DNA of 64,000 bases from Chara braunii (lineage: Eukaryota > Plantae > Charophyceae). Both the position numbers and the translations under genes were made by a program. Positions 37,325 to 46,772 of this stretch are shown here, in pieces. How positions within the stretch are numbered: position 1 is the first letter of the stretch; each line of letters opens with the position of its first letter. The notes under the pieces are model-generated. The model saw nothing but the letters and a program-made list of their open reading frames with translations. It did no database searches and was not told the DNA's origin. The stretch lies in assembly GCA_003427395.1 (NCBI GenBank), contig BFEA01000037.1:273862-337861 (forward strand), written 5' to 3'.

Positions 37325-40187
37325 ACCTAAAAGAAGGGGGGATATACGCGGGGGACAAGGGGACCCTCGGGGGTGCGGGTGAGGAGAAGAGGCGGATGTG
37401 CGCGCGTGTAAGGGCCAGTGAGTGCTCAGAGTGCTGACGTCATTTTTGACTTCCGCGAGCGAGAGGGAAAAGGGCGAGTACTCGTGAGTGGACAAAGGGT
37501 GAATTTTTGTCGGGGAATTGAGAGGGCGGACATTTACGGATCAAGAAAGCTCATGGCAGTTGCGAGCGGGGACGGGAGCAGTCCATGCGTGGCACTCCAC
37601 ATCGATTGAGTCGCTATGAGTTTTCATGACGGGGAAGGCTTCTCATGTGGCTATATACTTGTTGATGTCAACCATGCTTGCACCGCTTGCGTCTTTAGTT
37701 TCGGTGTGTGCCTCACGTTCTGGGGAGAAGGGAAGGTAACCAAGATTCGAAGGAGGTATGACGATGAAGACAGCCTTCCTCTTCAACTCCTGAGAAATCG
37801 TCATTCCGTGTGGGTTGCATCTGACGCCGAGGGATCTAGACGAGCTCAACTCGAGTTTACCCGAGCGGGGTGGGCTTCTCACCGGTTGAGGTACAACATA
37901 CGGTTGTTTGCTCACTAATCTGGGGCTTAACTTTGGCTGCTGATCATGGTGCACGAGCCAGGCCTGCTGAAAACACCTGGAGAGTCGCAAGGGCAAAGGA
38001 AGACGCTGAGACATTTCGGCTTCGCACCTATTATGTTGGTCTTCTTCGTCCCGTCTCGGTGACTGATCAGATGAAAATGATGACTACGATCGACGTGAAG
38101 TTTGCTAAACTTCGGCTAGCATTGCATGATCGTTCGTAGAGGAGACGGTTCTCGAACTTATCTGAGGGATTCTGCACGGGACGGGGTGCGAACTTACTGA
38201 TCAAAACTCGAGTGATATGTTACTGCATCAAGCGTTTGGCTCAATCAGAAACTGCTTGGTGAGGTCGTGTAAAAAGAAAATTAGTCGCTCTGCATTCACT
38301 CCCTTCAGTCTGGTTATTGCTTCTTGGCAAGTCCTCCCACGTAAAAACGGACTCAAGTCTAGCGTGATAACTTCAAGCGTGGTGCCATTGTCGAAGGGGG
38401 CTACTCAACCCAAATGCTCTAAACTGTTGTCACTAGTGGTTATAGTTCAGGAAGCGCTGGTAACGAGGGAAAAACAGGTTGATAGGGAAAAGGTGAGGGC
38501 AGTGTTTTTTAGAGTTCTAATAAACATCCAGTAATCATAGGGCACTCGTTTTTAGTATAGTGTTCTCCAGACGGTAAAATCGTTCTTAATGGAAAAGTTG
38601 TCTGTTGCAGTTTCGCTACCCCTTTTACACGTTGGACATCCTTTTACTCTTACTCTTGCCTCCCCGATAATGAAGAGTTAGTCGGCTTGATTTGATTAGC
38701 GCTAGCTGACGTTGAAGTACTCGTTGGCACAACGCCGGTGCCAGATCGTATCGAGTAGAAGAAAGGGGGGAGGGAGGTGGTAAATAGGTGAATCACGTAG
38801 CGAGGGGGTCTGACTCATTGCATGATGAATATACGATTGATTGTTGATTTGTGACACTCGTGTAATGTGTTAATCCAAGGTGAGACTCTTGGAGTGCATG
38901 ATCCACACTAGTTGGCAAGGCTGGAGTGGCCACCAAGAGACGTCATGATTTCGTTGTACTTAAACTTAATGTACCATTTGTATCTATGAGACCTATTAAC
39001 GGTTTGATGGGGCCAAATCTCCAGCTTCCCTCGCGTGGTGTGTTTGACAAAAGAATCCTTCTCGAAGCGGCTAACTGCAATTGCTCGTTCTTTCTGCAAA
39101 TGCCTGATCAGTGAAGCATAAAAGTTGGCCTCAGAAACCTGGTTTCTTGATAGAATGTTTGGCTGAGATGCTGTTTTATGGGATTAAGGCTTTCTCCTCT
39201 CAGAGGGTATCCGTGAGCTCGCTCGAGATGGGGAGGCTGGTTCTAGAAGGCTGGTCAGAAATTAGTGAATGGGCCAACAAAGCATCATGACTAAGTGCTA
39301 TTAGTTTTAACTAGAAGTACCAATCAGAGACTATGTTTGGTATGTAGGACTACAGGACAATAAGCCTGGAAAAGGCATACGGGGACCATTAAATTGCTTT
39401 TTTTTTGGGAATTCTGACATATAGTTCAATGAGCAGACAGCAAAAAGCCCTAAAGAAAGTTGCCTACTTGTTAGCCAAGTTTCTGTTGGATGGAGACTAA
39501 ATTGCACTACCATCATTACCTTTTCTTACCCATTTGACACAAATCTGGTTCTGCGCGAGCCCCCCCCGGGGCTAAGCAAATCAAGTGCGTAACCTTCTAG
39601 CCCTGGAAACAGCCTGTCATTGGTAAGTTAACTGACTCCTCATTTGTTGTGTGAAGTGACTTGGACTTTCACGGAGAAGCCTGAACCACTTCGTACTGTA
39701 GGAGAGATGAGTCCGTTACTAGCCAGTAATTGCTCACGGCATGAGCCAAGCTTGTCCGGGGTGATAAGCTCCTCATTACAAGGGTGCTGATTGCAGCGGA
39801 CATGCGCAGTCAGGCATCTGGGAAGAGAGCTATTATCAGTGGTGATAGGTGCGATTGGTCGTAGGTATTGTCGGCTTGTTTATGGTTGAAGGTAACTCCA
39901 GGGAACGCTTTATCTCACAGACAGTGTGTGGACTTCCCTGAGGGGAATAACTGACGACTCGGCACCTAAAAGTATGGTAGTATGTGCCGCCTGCAGAATT
40001 TCTTGGCAATCTTCGAGTCCTATTCAGTGACACACTCACCTACCCTATAAGTGGGTGTTGTGATCAGAGATTTTCCAAATGATACGAGCAATGGTTTGTG
40101 TAAGTTTTGCCTGAGAGGAAAATTGTCAACTTGATAAAAATCATTTATCCCGCCGTCAGGGTCAGCCATGGGTGGAAGTTCAATTCT

Positions 40188-40196
40188 CTATAAATA
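40188..40196 (+). promoter_or_regulatory. Candidate main LTR TATA box (CTATAAATA)
   Basis: Canonical plant-LTR TATA sequence; also present in the inverted copy near 62080. Confidence 0.55.
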
Positions 40197-41655
40197 CCTA
40201 AGGGCTGGTGGTGTGAGATACGTTTTCTGTGGGGTAGGAACACATGAATAGTATGCAAACGTACGGTATCTGGTTTAGTGAGCCTATAGTGAACCTGAGT
40301 ATGTGCAAGAGCGTCTCACTTCAAACTCGGCACAACCGGTGAGTCGTCGTCATCAGGATAGATGAAGGGAGTCCTATGGCATATTATTCCGTCTATCTCA
40401 CATGAGATAGCTCTAAGTGTGTACAAACCCAATCTCCNCAAGAGGCCACCGGGACAGCAAAAATACTACTCTGAATCACTACTCCGATTGACTTGAAAAG
40501 TGTTAGAGATATTTGCTCATGTGGTGGCAAGGCCAGAGAGAGTTCGAGAACAACTATACCCGTAAAATGAATCAATGTCCTCTTCAGCTCCCCACCGTTT
40601 GGCTGTGGGTCTGAGCAACCCTCCAAAAAGTTCTGATTGATGAGAGATGTCATTTACGCCCGTTGGTTTATGACCCTAAACCAATACGAAAGACGTTTGC
40701 AGAAAGATGGAAGGGGAGGATATACTGAGAGTGACCTACTCAATGTGTCGAGATAAAGCCAAAGGCTTGGAAGGAAGTTTGGTTCAGGACATCCACTGTT
40801 ATATAGAGCTTTTGATGGAGAAGGCGTTAAAGTTAGTGAAAAATCAAAAACATGTCGAGTACATCTTCTACATTCCTGGGTCAGACGGGAGATTACACAG
40901 TACCCTCTCGTCGATAGGATCCGTTGAGGAGGCAAGGAGAAAGGTTACTGGAAATCAGTAAAAGAGTTTAGACATCCACTCCGAGAGAAGCAAAATCACA
41001 TAAGGCATAGACATGGTCAGAGAAAATGAACCGGCTTCAGAAACATATCGCAACAGGACACACAGTATATCGACAAAACACGAACAACAATTGCATCAAT
41101 CAACACCTGATTAGTAATCACAGTTCCTAGATCAGTAGCCAGTCAGTTTCTCTGGACTACAGCTAATCAGTTTCATAAAAAAACATTTGAAATCGCACTC
41201 AGTTCAGCAGCAGTCAATACACTTTCACTTCAATCAGCAATCTCAGCAGATAGCAATCTCAGCAGATTTTGTACTAAGTAGACTTTGCCCTCAACGGTCT
41301 TTGCACTCGGCATCCAACAGTTATAACCAACGGATCAGTAATGAGTTGTACTATAACTACGATCATGTGTAATTTTCCTGTGGATGGTAATACCTTCGAA
41401 ATTTTACCACCGAGTGACCTGTGGGCAACAACAGTACCATCTTAGCAACGTTCAGTTTGGTACTATTTTGTTCCCAACTAGCAATTAATCAACGTTTGAT
41501 TGGCACTTGGTCAGCGCTCCGACAGATTCAGGAGCTAGCTCAGCAGCTACCTCTGCCTATTTAGCAGATTACAGTTGACCCGGCCTATAACAGACACTTG
41601 CTGGTAAAAACCAGCTTCTTCTCAGATTATCGGAGAGTAATCAATTCTCAAATAC

Positions 41656-42309
41656 ATGAGAGAGATCAACCCCATCACGGTTGACCAGTCGGTCCTTGAC
41701 AAACTCAACCTGATTGCTGCCAAGGAGAGCTTCCCCTACAAGTACGTTAGGATTGATGGGTTCAAGCGAGAGGACCTGTCAATTTTCATCGCGCTTACTG
41801 AGTTCGCTGAAGGAACAGTCAGCGACTTACGGATCTTTATGAAAAAGGGGAATGAGAAACACCCTCACTCTGATGCGGTGTGGGCAGCAGCAGCCGGGTA
41901 TGTGTAGTGGAAAGTTGAGAGGCTCCAAGAGAATACCAAGTTAGTCTATAGCTTTGGCCCTAAGCTTTTCACTGACTATCCCAAGCCTCCAGTCCCCTAC
42001 TACCTTACTGACGACTCTTATTGGGGTGGATTGGTGGACTTGGCCAAGAGGTACATATCGCCGGCAGTAATCGACTACGAGGCAGTGATCGAGCCCTTTC
42101 GGTTTCCTCATCTCAGGAGGGGCATTTTCTCTCAGCCCTATCTCCCAACTCTATGGGAGGAGTTTTGCGCCATGCTTGACTTCCGTATCATGGGACTTGG
42201 CTGAAAATGTTTGGAACTAGTAGGTTTCAGGTGGCTTTACATTCAGAAGCCACAACCTCAGAGAGTGCGGAGACTTGGCAAGAAGCCCAAACGACGGACA
42301 ACAAAGTGA
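41656..42309 (+). pseudogene. LTR-encoded accessory-domain protein (217 codons, two internal stops)
   Basis: The frame continues through TAG 41905 to RRTTK*; aligns with the open copy 13753-14265 and with the leader ORFs. Confidence 0.7.
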
Positions 42310-42792
42310 GAGACAAAGTGAAGTTCAGAGGGATGAGTGAGGACTCTTGATTGGTGCTGGCCAAGCTCTCTTCCATATGTACTCCCTTAGACTATTATGA
42401 GTTCTCATTCTTCCCTTATTCAATTGCTCCAATCGTTGCTCCTTGCATTGTTTTCGCTTGATGATTGTTTCCTTGGATGATTCTATCACAGCTCTCAAAA
42501 ATCAGATTGACATAATTGATGCATGCATAGCACTCCATAATTTTATTATTATTATTTGCATGATTTTATGTTGTTCCGAATCAAAATAAAAGATTCCTAA
42601 GACCGGGGACCGGTGAAGACCGTAATTGAAGGGTCTCGCTTGAAGCCGGACGCACACAACAGGAAGGGATTTGCATTATTTATTTTATTTTATTTATTGC
42701 TATCAACAACAAAATCCTGCGTGACAGCCTGTTGGCTTTTCGGTCGCCAGAAGCGGTCCAAAGTAGCCTGACTGGAAAAAATGCGACAAAAA

Positions 42793-42810
42793 TGGCGCAG
42801 TTGTCGGGGA
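42793..42810 (+). promoter_or_regulatory. Primer-binding site, tRNA-Asp type
   Basis: TGGCGCAGTTGTCGGGGA, 16/18 to the plant tRNA-Asp PBS, 4 nt after the LTR CA. Confidence 0.75.
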
Positions 42811-43110
42811 CATGAAAAGATTTTCGTTTCCGGAAAGAGCCTGGGTCATCATCTTTGAGCTTTGATTAGGGCGTGATAACTGCTGACAATATTATGAGCT
42901 TCATATTAAATTTATTATTTCCATTGAGTCTCGATTCTCTTGAGAATCACAGCTGCTAACTGTATCTTATTTATTCCTTGTGTGAGGTACCACACTGGAT
43001 CGGAGAAGGAGATTGATATTATTGACAGAAAATCTGACTTGAATTCAGGTATGCCTCGTGAGCCTATGATGTCCTTTGAATATTGAGAAGAGAAGAGAAG
43101 TATCAAGAGC

Positions 43111-43620
43111 TTGGAGATTTCATCAAGAATGCCAACTTCAGATGCATTGAGAGAACTCTCGAAAGTGACTATCAAAGGAATATTTCGCTATCAATATGAG
43201 CATTGCTGGGTCTATCATTCTAGCAATTTGGCCATCAGTGTAATGCTGACTCGCTTCTTGGAGGGAGATATTTATGATATCCGTCCCTATGTCAAGAAGG
43301 GAGACTGTGAGGATGGTGAGACCTTCAACTGGCTATGGGAAATTGCAATCCAGTCTCTTTATGATGAGAAGGCAGAATTAATTAAGCAGAAGAAGAAAGT
43401 GGAATGGGGTTTAATGCCAATGACATATGAGACTGTTCCAATCCCCCCTATACCTAATAGTTATTGCGATGGGACTAACTGGCTGCCAATAATCAACATG
43501 GTATTGACGAGGCAGAAAAGAAACAGTGGTCATGAGAACCGAAGAGATTTTAGCAGAAGAAATCAGGCAGAGAAGGCAGAAATTCGGCAGAGGTTCAGGC
43601 CCAAGTCAAGACGACGTTGA
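43111..43620 (+). CDS. Accessory ORF 1 (repeated unknown domain)
   Basis: Conserved with 15260-15600 (RFLEGDIYDIR.YVK.G...PPIPNSYC.G.NWLPIINMVL). Confidence 0.65.
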   Translation: MEISSRMPTSDALRELSKVTIKGIFRYQYEHCWVYHSSNLAISVMLTRFLEGDIYDIRPYVKKGDCEDGETFNWLWEIAIQSLYDEKAELIKQKKKVEWGLMPMTYETVPIPPIPNSYCDGTNWLPIINMVLTRQKRNSGHENRRDFSRRNQAEKAEIRQRFRPKSRRR

Positions 43621-43975
43621 GTGTCTCCTAAGGTCACTGAACAATCTAAGTAAGAAAGGGATGTTCCCATATGAGGTTGTCAGATATGAGATGGTCGAAA
43701 GCGGATGGGAGCAGGAACGGTTATGTGTACTGACATTCTATTTCACTGATGCAGTGTATGGGAGATGCTGGGGATTTGCTGAAGAGGTGGTACTGAAAGA
43801 GAAAGAAAGGCTTGAGAGGGAGAACAAATGCTTCACTGGATCTACTCGATTTACTGTCTTTGATGGACTCTCAGCCCCTCCCTTACCTGATATCAATCTA
43901 TCTAAAAACAATTGGTATACTATGATAAAGTTTGCATGGAAAGTGAAGAGAGTCCAAAAAGAATACTCTCAGTAG
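43532..43975 (+). CDS. Accessory ORF 2 (repeated unknown domain; internal deletion)
   Basis: MRTEEILAEEIRQRR...FPYEVVRYE...W.FAEEVVLKEKERLERENK...PPLP...NNW; conserved with 15620-16069. Confidence 0.65.
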   Translation: MRTEEILAEEIRQRRQKFGRGSGPSQDDVECLLRSLNNLSKKGMFPYEVVRYEMVESGWEQERLCVLTFYFTDAVYGRCWGFAEEVVLKEKERLERENKCFTGSTRFTVFDGLSAPPLPDINLSKNNWYTMIKFAWKVKRVQKEYSQ

Positions 43976-43989
43976 CCAGGATAACTACC

Positions 43990-44403
43990 GTGAGGGGCAA
44001 ACTCTATGAGGTGATAGGGTGTGATAATCCTTTTGTGATCCTGAGATATGAGACTTGTGTGAGAGGGCCCATAATATTTCACATCCCAGTGGTCAAATTC
44101 CTGAGTACTGGCAGCCTCGACGTAAGGATTTATGTACCAGCAGGCCTAGAAAAGGAAGACGATTACTTGAAGTGTCCGACAAGTGTTTATATTAGTCTCA
44201 TAAAAACCAAGGAGTGGCTTGAAAAGTTAAAGAGAAAGGTAACCTGGAGGAAGGAAGTAAGGCAATTTGAGAGGCTCCCTGAGTTATCAATTGCTAAGGG
44301 ATTTGAAGACATGAGAGATTGGGTGCCTCTGCTGAAAGCTATTGCCGAGAATGGTAGAGCAAGAGAAAAAGACTCCACTGTGATGATAAAATCCTACTTT
44401 TGA
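43990..44403 (+). CDS. Accessory ORF 3 (divergent copy of the repeated domain; GTG start candidate)
   Basis: RGKLYEV...NPFVILRYETCVRG.IIFHIPVVKFL.TGSLDVRIY.PA conserved with 16590-16990. Confidence 0.6.
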   Translation: MRGKLYEVIGCDNPFVILRYETCVRGPIIFHIPVVKFLSTGSLDVRIYVPAGLEKEDDYLKCPTSVYISLIKTKEWLEKLKRKVTWRKEVRQFERLPELSIAKGFEDMRDWVPLLKAIAENGRAREKDSTVMIKSYF

Positions 44404-44485
44404 GTACCTTTGAACACAGATTCGAGATCCCTGATTATGTCCAGCCTGAGATCTACCTTTCAGATATTGCTTATGATACTTAGCA

Positions 44486-44788
44486 ATGCCCAACTTGACT
44501 GAACAGCTAACACTACGAGTTGTGTTGGAAGGTAGAATAGTCAAGGTAGAAGGGACTCTTCGGATCTCTGACAGGAATCTTTCTACCTTGGATGAGCTTG
44601 AGTTTTTGCAGCCTTTCTTTGATCACATGAGAGATTCTGCCTTGAGAATTGTCACTGACGAAACTGAGATAAACTATTTATTAAAGGTGGTGAAAGTGGC
44701 AACTACTGAAGAGTATCATACCACACTTCTCGGGAACGGGTCTCTCTTGCAAGAAGGATCAATAGCGGCCGTAAACAATGCAAATTGA
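44486..44788 (+). CDS. Accessory ORF 4, unknown
   Basis: VK.EGT.RISD..L.TLDELE.LQPFFD.MR.SALR.VTD.TEINYLLKVVKV conserved with 17080-17310. Confidence 0.6.
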   Translation: MPNLTEQLTLRVVLEGRIVKVEGTLRISDRNLSTLDELEFLQPFFDHMRDSALRIVTDETEINYLLKVVKVATTEEYHTTLLGNGSLLQEGSIAAVNNAN

Positions 44789-45068
44789 TTATGAGATTAT
44801 AGACCTAACTCGATATTTTATGATTCGGGGTACTATAAAAGGGTATGATAGAAGATTGAGTAGAGATGATGAAAGAAAATTGATTGAAGATTACATTGGA
44901 AGGCTGAGAAGAATTGCACTGCCCTTGATCACTACCCAATCCATTATTGCTTATACTCTATATGTACAAAACTCTCAAGGGGTAAAACAGAAGAGAAGAG
45001 AGAAACGAGCCTGTATCCCTTGCGAGAAGAGAGAGATTGAACGGCAAGGAAGAAGAGGACGAGAGTGA
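44778..45068 (+). CDS. Accessory ORF 5, unknown
   Basis: MQ.DYEIID.T.YFMIR...RDDER.LI.DYI.RLRRIALPLITTQSIIAYTL conserved with ~17348-17600. Confidence 0.6.
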   Translation: MQIDYEIIDLTRYFMIRGTIKGYDRRLSRDDERKLIEDYIGRLRRIALPLITTQSIIAYTLYVQNSQGVKQKRREKRACIPCEKREIERQGRRGRE

Positions 45069-45101
45069 CAGGAAGAGGGTAGAGAATATCCGAGAAAATC
45101 T

Positions 45102-46772
45102 ATGGTCAAGATGGCAGGACGAGGAAGACCGAGTTCATCTGCAAGGACCAATGAAAAGGCCTTGGTTGGGGTTATACGGGAATTGGTCGAGAGAGTAGAC
45201 ACTATAAAAGGAGGGTCAGATATTGCAAGAGCAAAGAGGCCAGATGAGAGGATTTCATGTTTCAGAGGGCCTCAGGTTAATGATTTCTTGGACGAGTATG
45301 AATTATTTGGACTCAGTTATCGCTGGACAGATAAGGAACGGCTTAAGCATCTTTCATCTTACTGTGATACTGACTCAAGGTTGGGTGTTCAGGAACTAAT
45401 GGAAGGTCCCACTACATGGGAAGAGGTCAAGGAGAGAATGAAAAAGGAATTTGAGAAGGACTCAGTCCCAACTACAACCAAGGATTTACTCAACATCAGG
45501 AGAGCCAAGTATGACACTTTCAATGTTTTTCTTCAGACCTTCATCCGAACAGCAAGAAAAATTCCATATTTGGACGAAGCCCAGAGATGTCATATATTCT
45601 TAACAAATTTTACTGACACTGTAAGAACTCTACCTACAGTCTTTCGCAAGAAATGGTCACTAGATCAGATCAGTACTTTGGCTAAGGATTGGGAGACTGA
45701 AAACGGTATGAACAGAGGGAACAATCTGAGTGCTGAGAATATTTTTCATAAGGTAATGGCTAACTTTATGCCTGCAAAGCCTGCAATACATGTTGTGGAT
45801 GACAGAGGGAAGAAGAAAGTTAAAAGAGAAGAGGATGAGGACGATGATGATGATGAAAGCTATGGTAAAAATGGGGATTCCTCCAGATCCAAAAAGAATG
45901 GAAAGAATGGTGATGGAGAAAACAGAGAAAGAAGAAAATATGATGAGCGTCCTAAGAGGAGTTTTGTTTGCTACTATTATGGTGAAGGAGGTCACACTAC
46001 CACCTATTGCAAACCCCTTGAGGAGGATGTGAGGAGTGGGGTGGCAAAGAAGGATGCAATGGACCATGTCTGTGATAGCTCATGGAATAAATTGGACCCC
46101 AAACATCCAGGAGGTATGAGGCTTCTTGCTCTTAGACATGATGAAAAGATGAAGATTAAGAAGAAGAGAAAGGCTATTCTGAATGTTCATTTCCTCATTG
46201 GAGGATTGCCTAATGAACTAATACAGAGAACAAGCGACCTTCATACCACGAATGGGCTATCTTTGCAGTCCTTGACGTTGACAGAGTGTGTGCCCAGTGA
46301 GACTTCTACAAGTGAGTCTCCATCAGAAGAGAATCCTACTTCTCAGAATTCTTATGAATTAGTAGAATCCTCTTCCAATGAGAGGGATCGCCTTCTGGCT
46401 AACATGATGTCGTTTCATGGCGATTTACCCCCAGAACTCGTCATGGAACCTAGTGTCCAGATTGGTGAAGTGAGAAACCTCCAAACTCGTATGACGCCTC
46501 AAATGATAGAGGAAAAGGAGAGGAGGAAGGCTAAAGAGTCATTGATTAACATCCTTGATGACCCTGACCAGGAATGTTCACAAGGAAAGAATGAACAGGG
46601 GAGAAAGAGGAAATTTATTCTCAAGAGTGACTTGGATGACGGGACAGTGATTTCTGATGTAATTGCTAAAATACTGGAAGAGACGGAAGTGACATTGTCT
46701 TTCAAGGAAGCAACGACTCTAGCACCCAAACTGAGAGAAGAGTTAAAAAAGTTAATCGAGAAGAAAAAGTAG
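45102..46772 (+). CDS. gag: Gag of element B (556 aa open)
   Basis: Long ORF after the PBS and before the protease; capsid-like FRGPQVNDFLDEYE...TWEEVKERMKKEF; degenerate knuckle CYYYGEGGHTTTYC. Confidence 0.88.
   Translation: MVKMAGRGRPSSSARTNEKALVGVIRELVERVDTIKGGSDIARAKRPDERISCFRGPQVNDFLDEYELFGLSYRWTDKERLKHLSSYCDTDSRLGVQELMEGPTTWEEVKERMKKEFEKDSVPTTTKDLLNIRRAKYDTFNVFLQTFIRTARKIPYLDEAQRCHIFLTNFTDTVRTLPTVFRKKWSLDQISTLAKDWETENGMNRGNNLSAENIFHKVMANFMPAKPAIHVVDDRGKKKVKREEDEDDDDDESYGKNGDSSRSKKNGKNGDGENRERRKYDERPKRSFVCYYYGEGGHTTTYCKPLEEDVRSGVAKKDAMDHVCDSSWNKLDPKHPGGMRLLALRHDEKMKIKKKRKAILNVHFLIGGLPNELIQRTSDLHTTNGLSLQSLTLTECVPSETSTSESPSEENPTSQNSYELVESSSNERDRLLANMMSFHGDLPPELVMEPSVQIGEVRNLQTRMTPQMIEEKERRKAKESLINILDDPDQECSQGKNEQGRKRKFILKSDLDDGTVISDVIAKILEETEVTLSFKEATTLAPKLREELKKLIEKKK

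Larger units (their letters stand above)
35280..42788 (+). repeat. 5' LTR of element B (7509 bp)
   Basis: Starts TGTCGGAGGG and ends ATGCGACA. 35280-39716 is repeated at 53402-58546 and 39717-42788 is repeated inverted at 59508-62560. Confidence 0.85.

Noticed and set aside
42812-43090. Additional ORF directly after the PBS (ATG at 42812 / 14952)
   Set aside because: Many stops in both copies; it could be CGA>TGA decay but cannot be supported.
46770-46772. TAG between gag and protease as a programmed readthrough site
   Set aside because: Element A has a sense codon (ACG) at the equivalent position before EVNYLGSV, so it is more likely a mutation in a single gag-pol frame.
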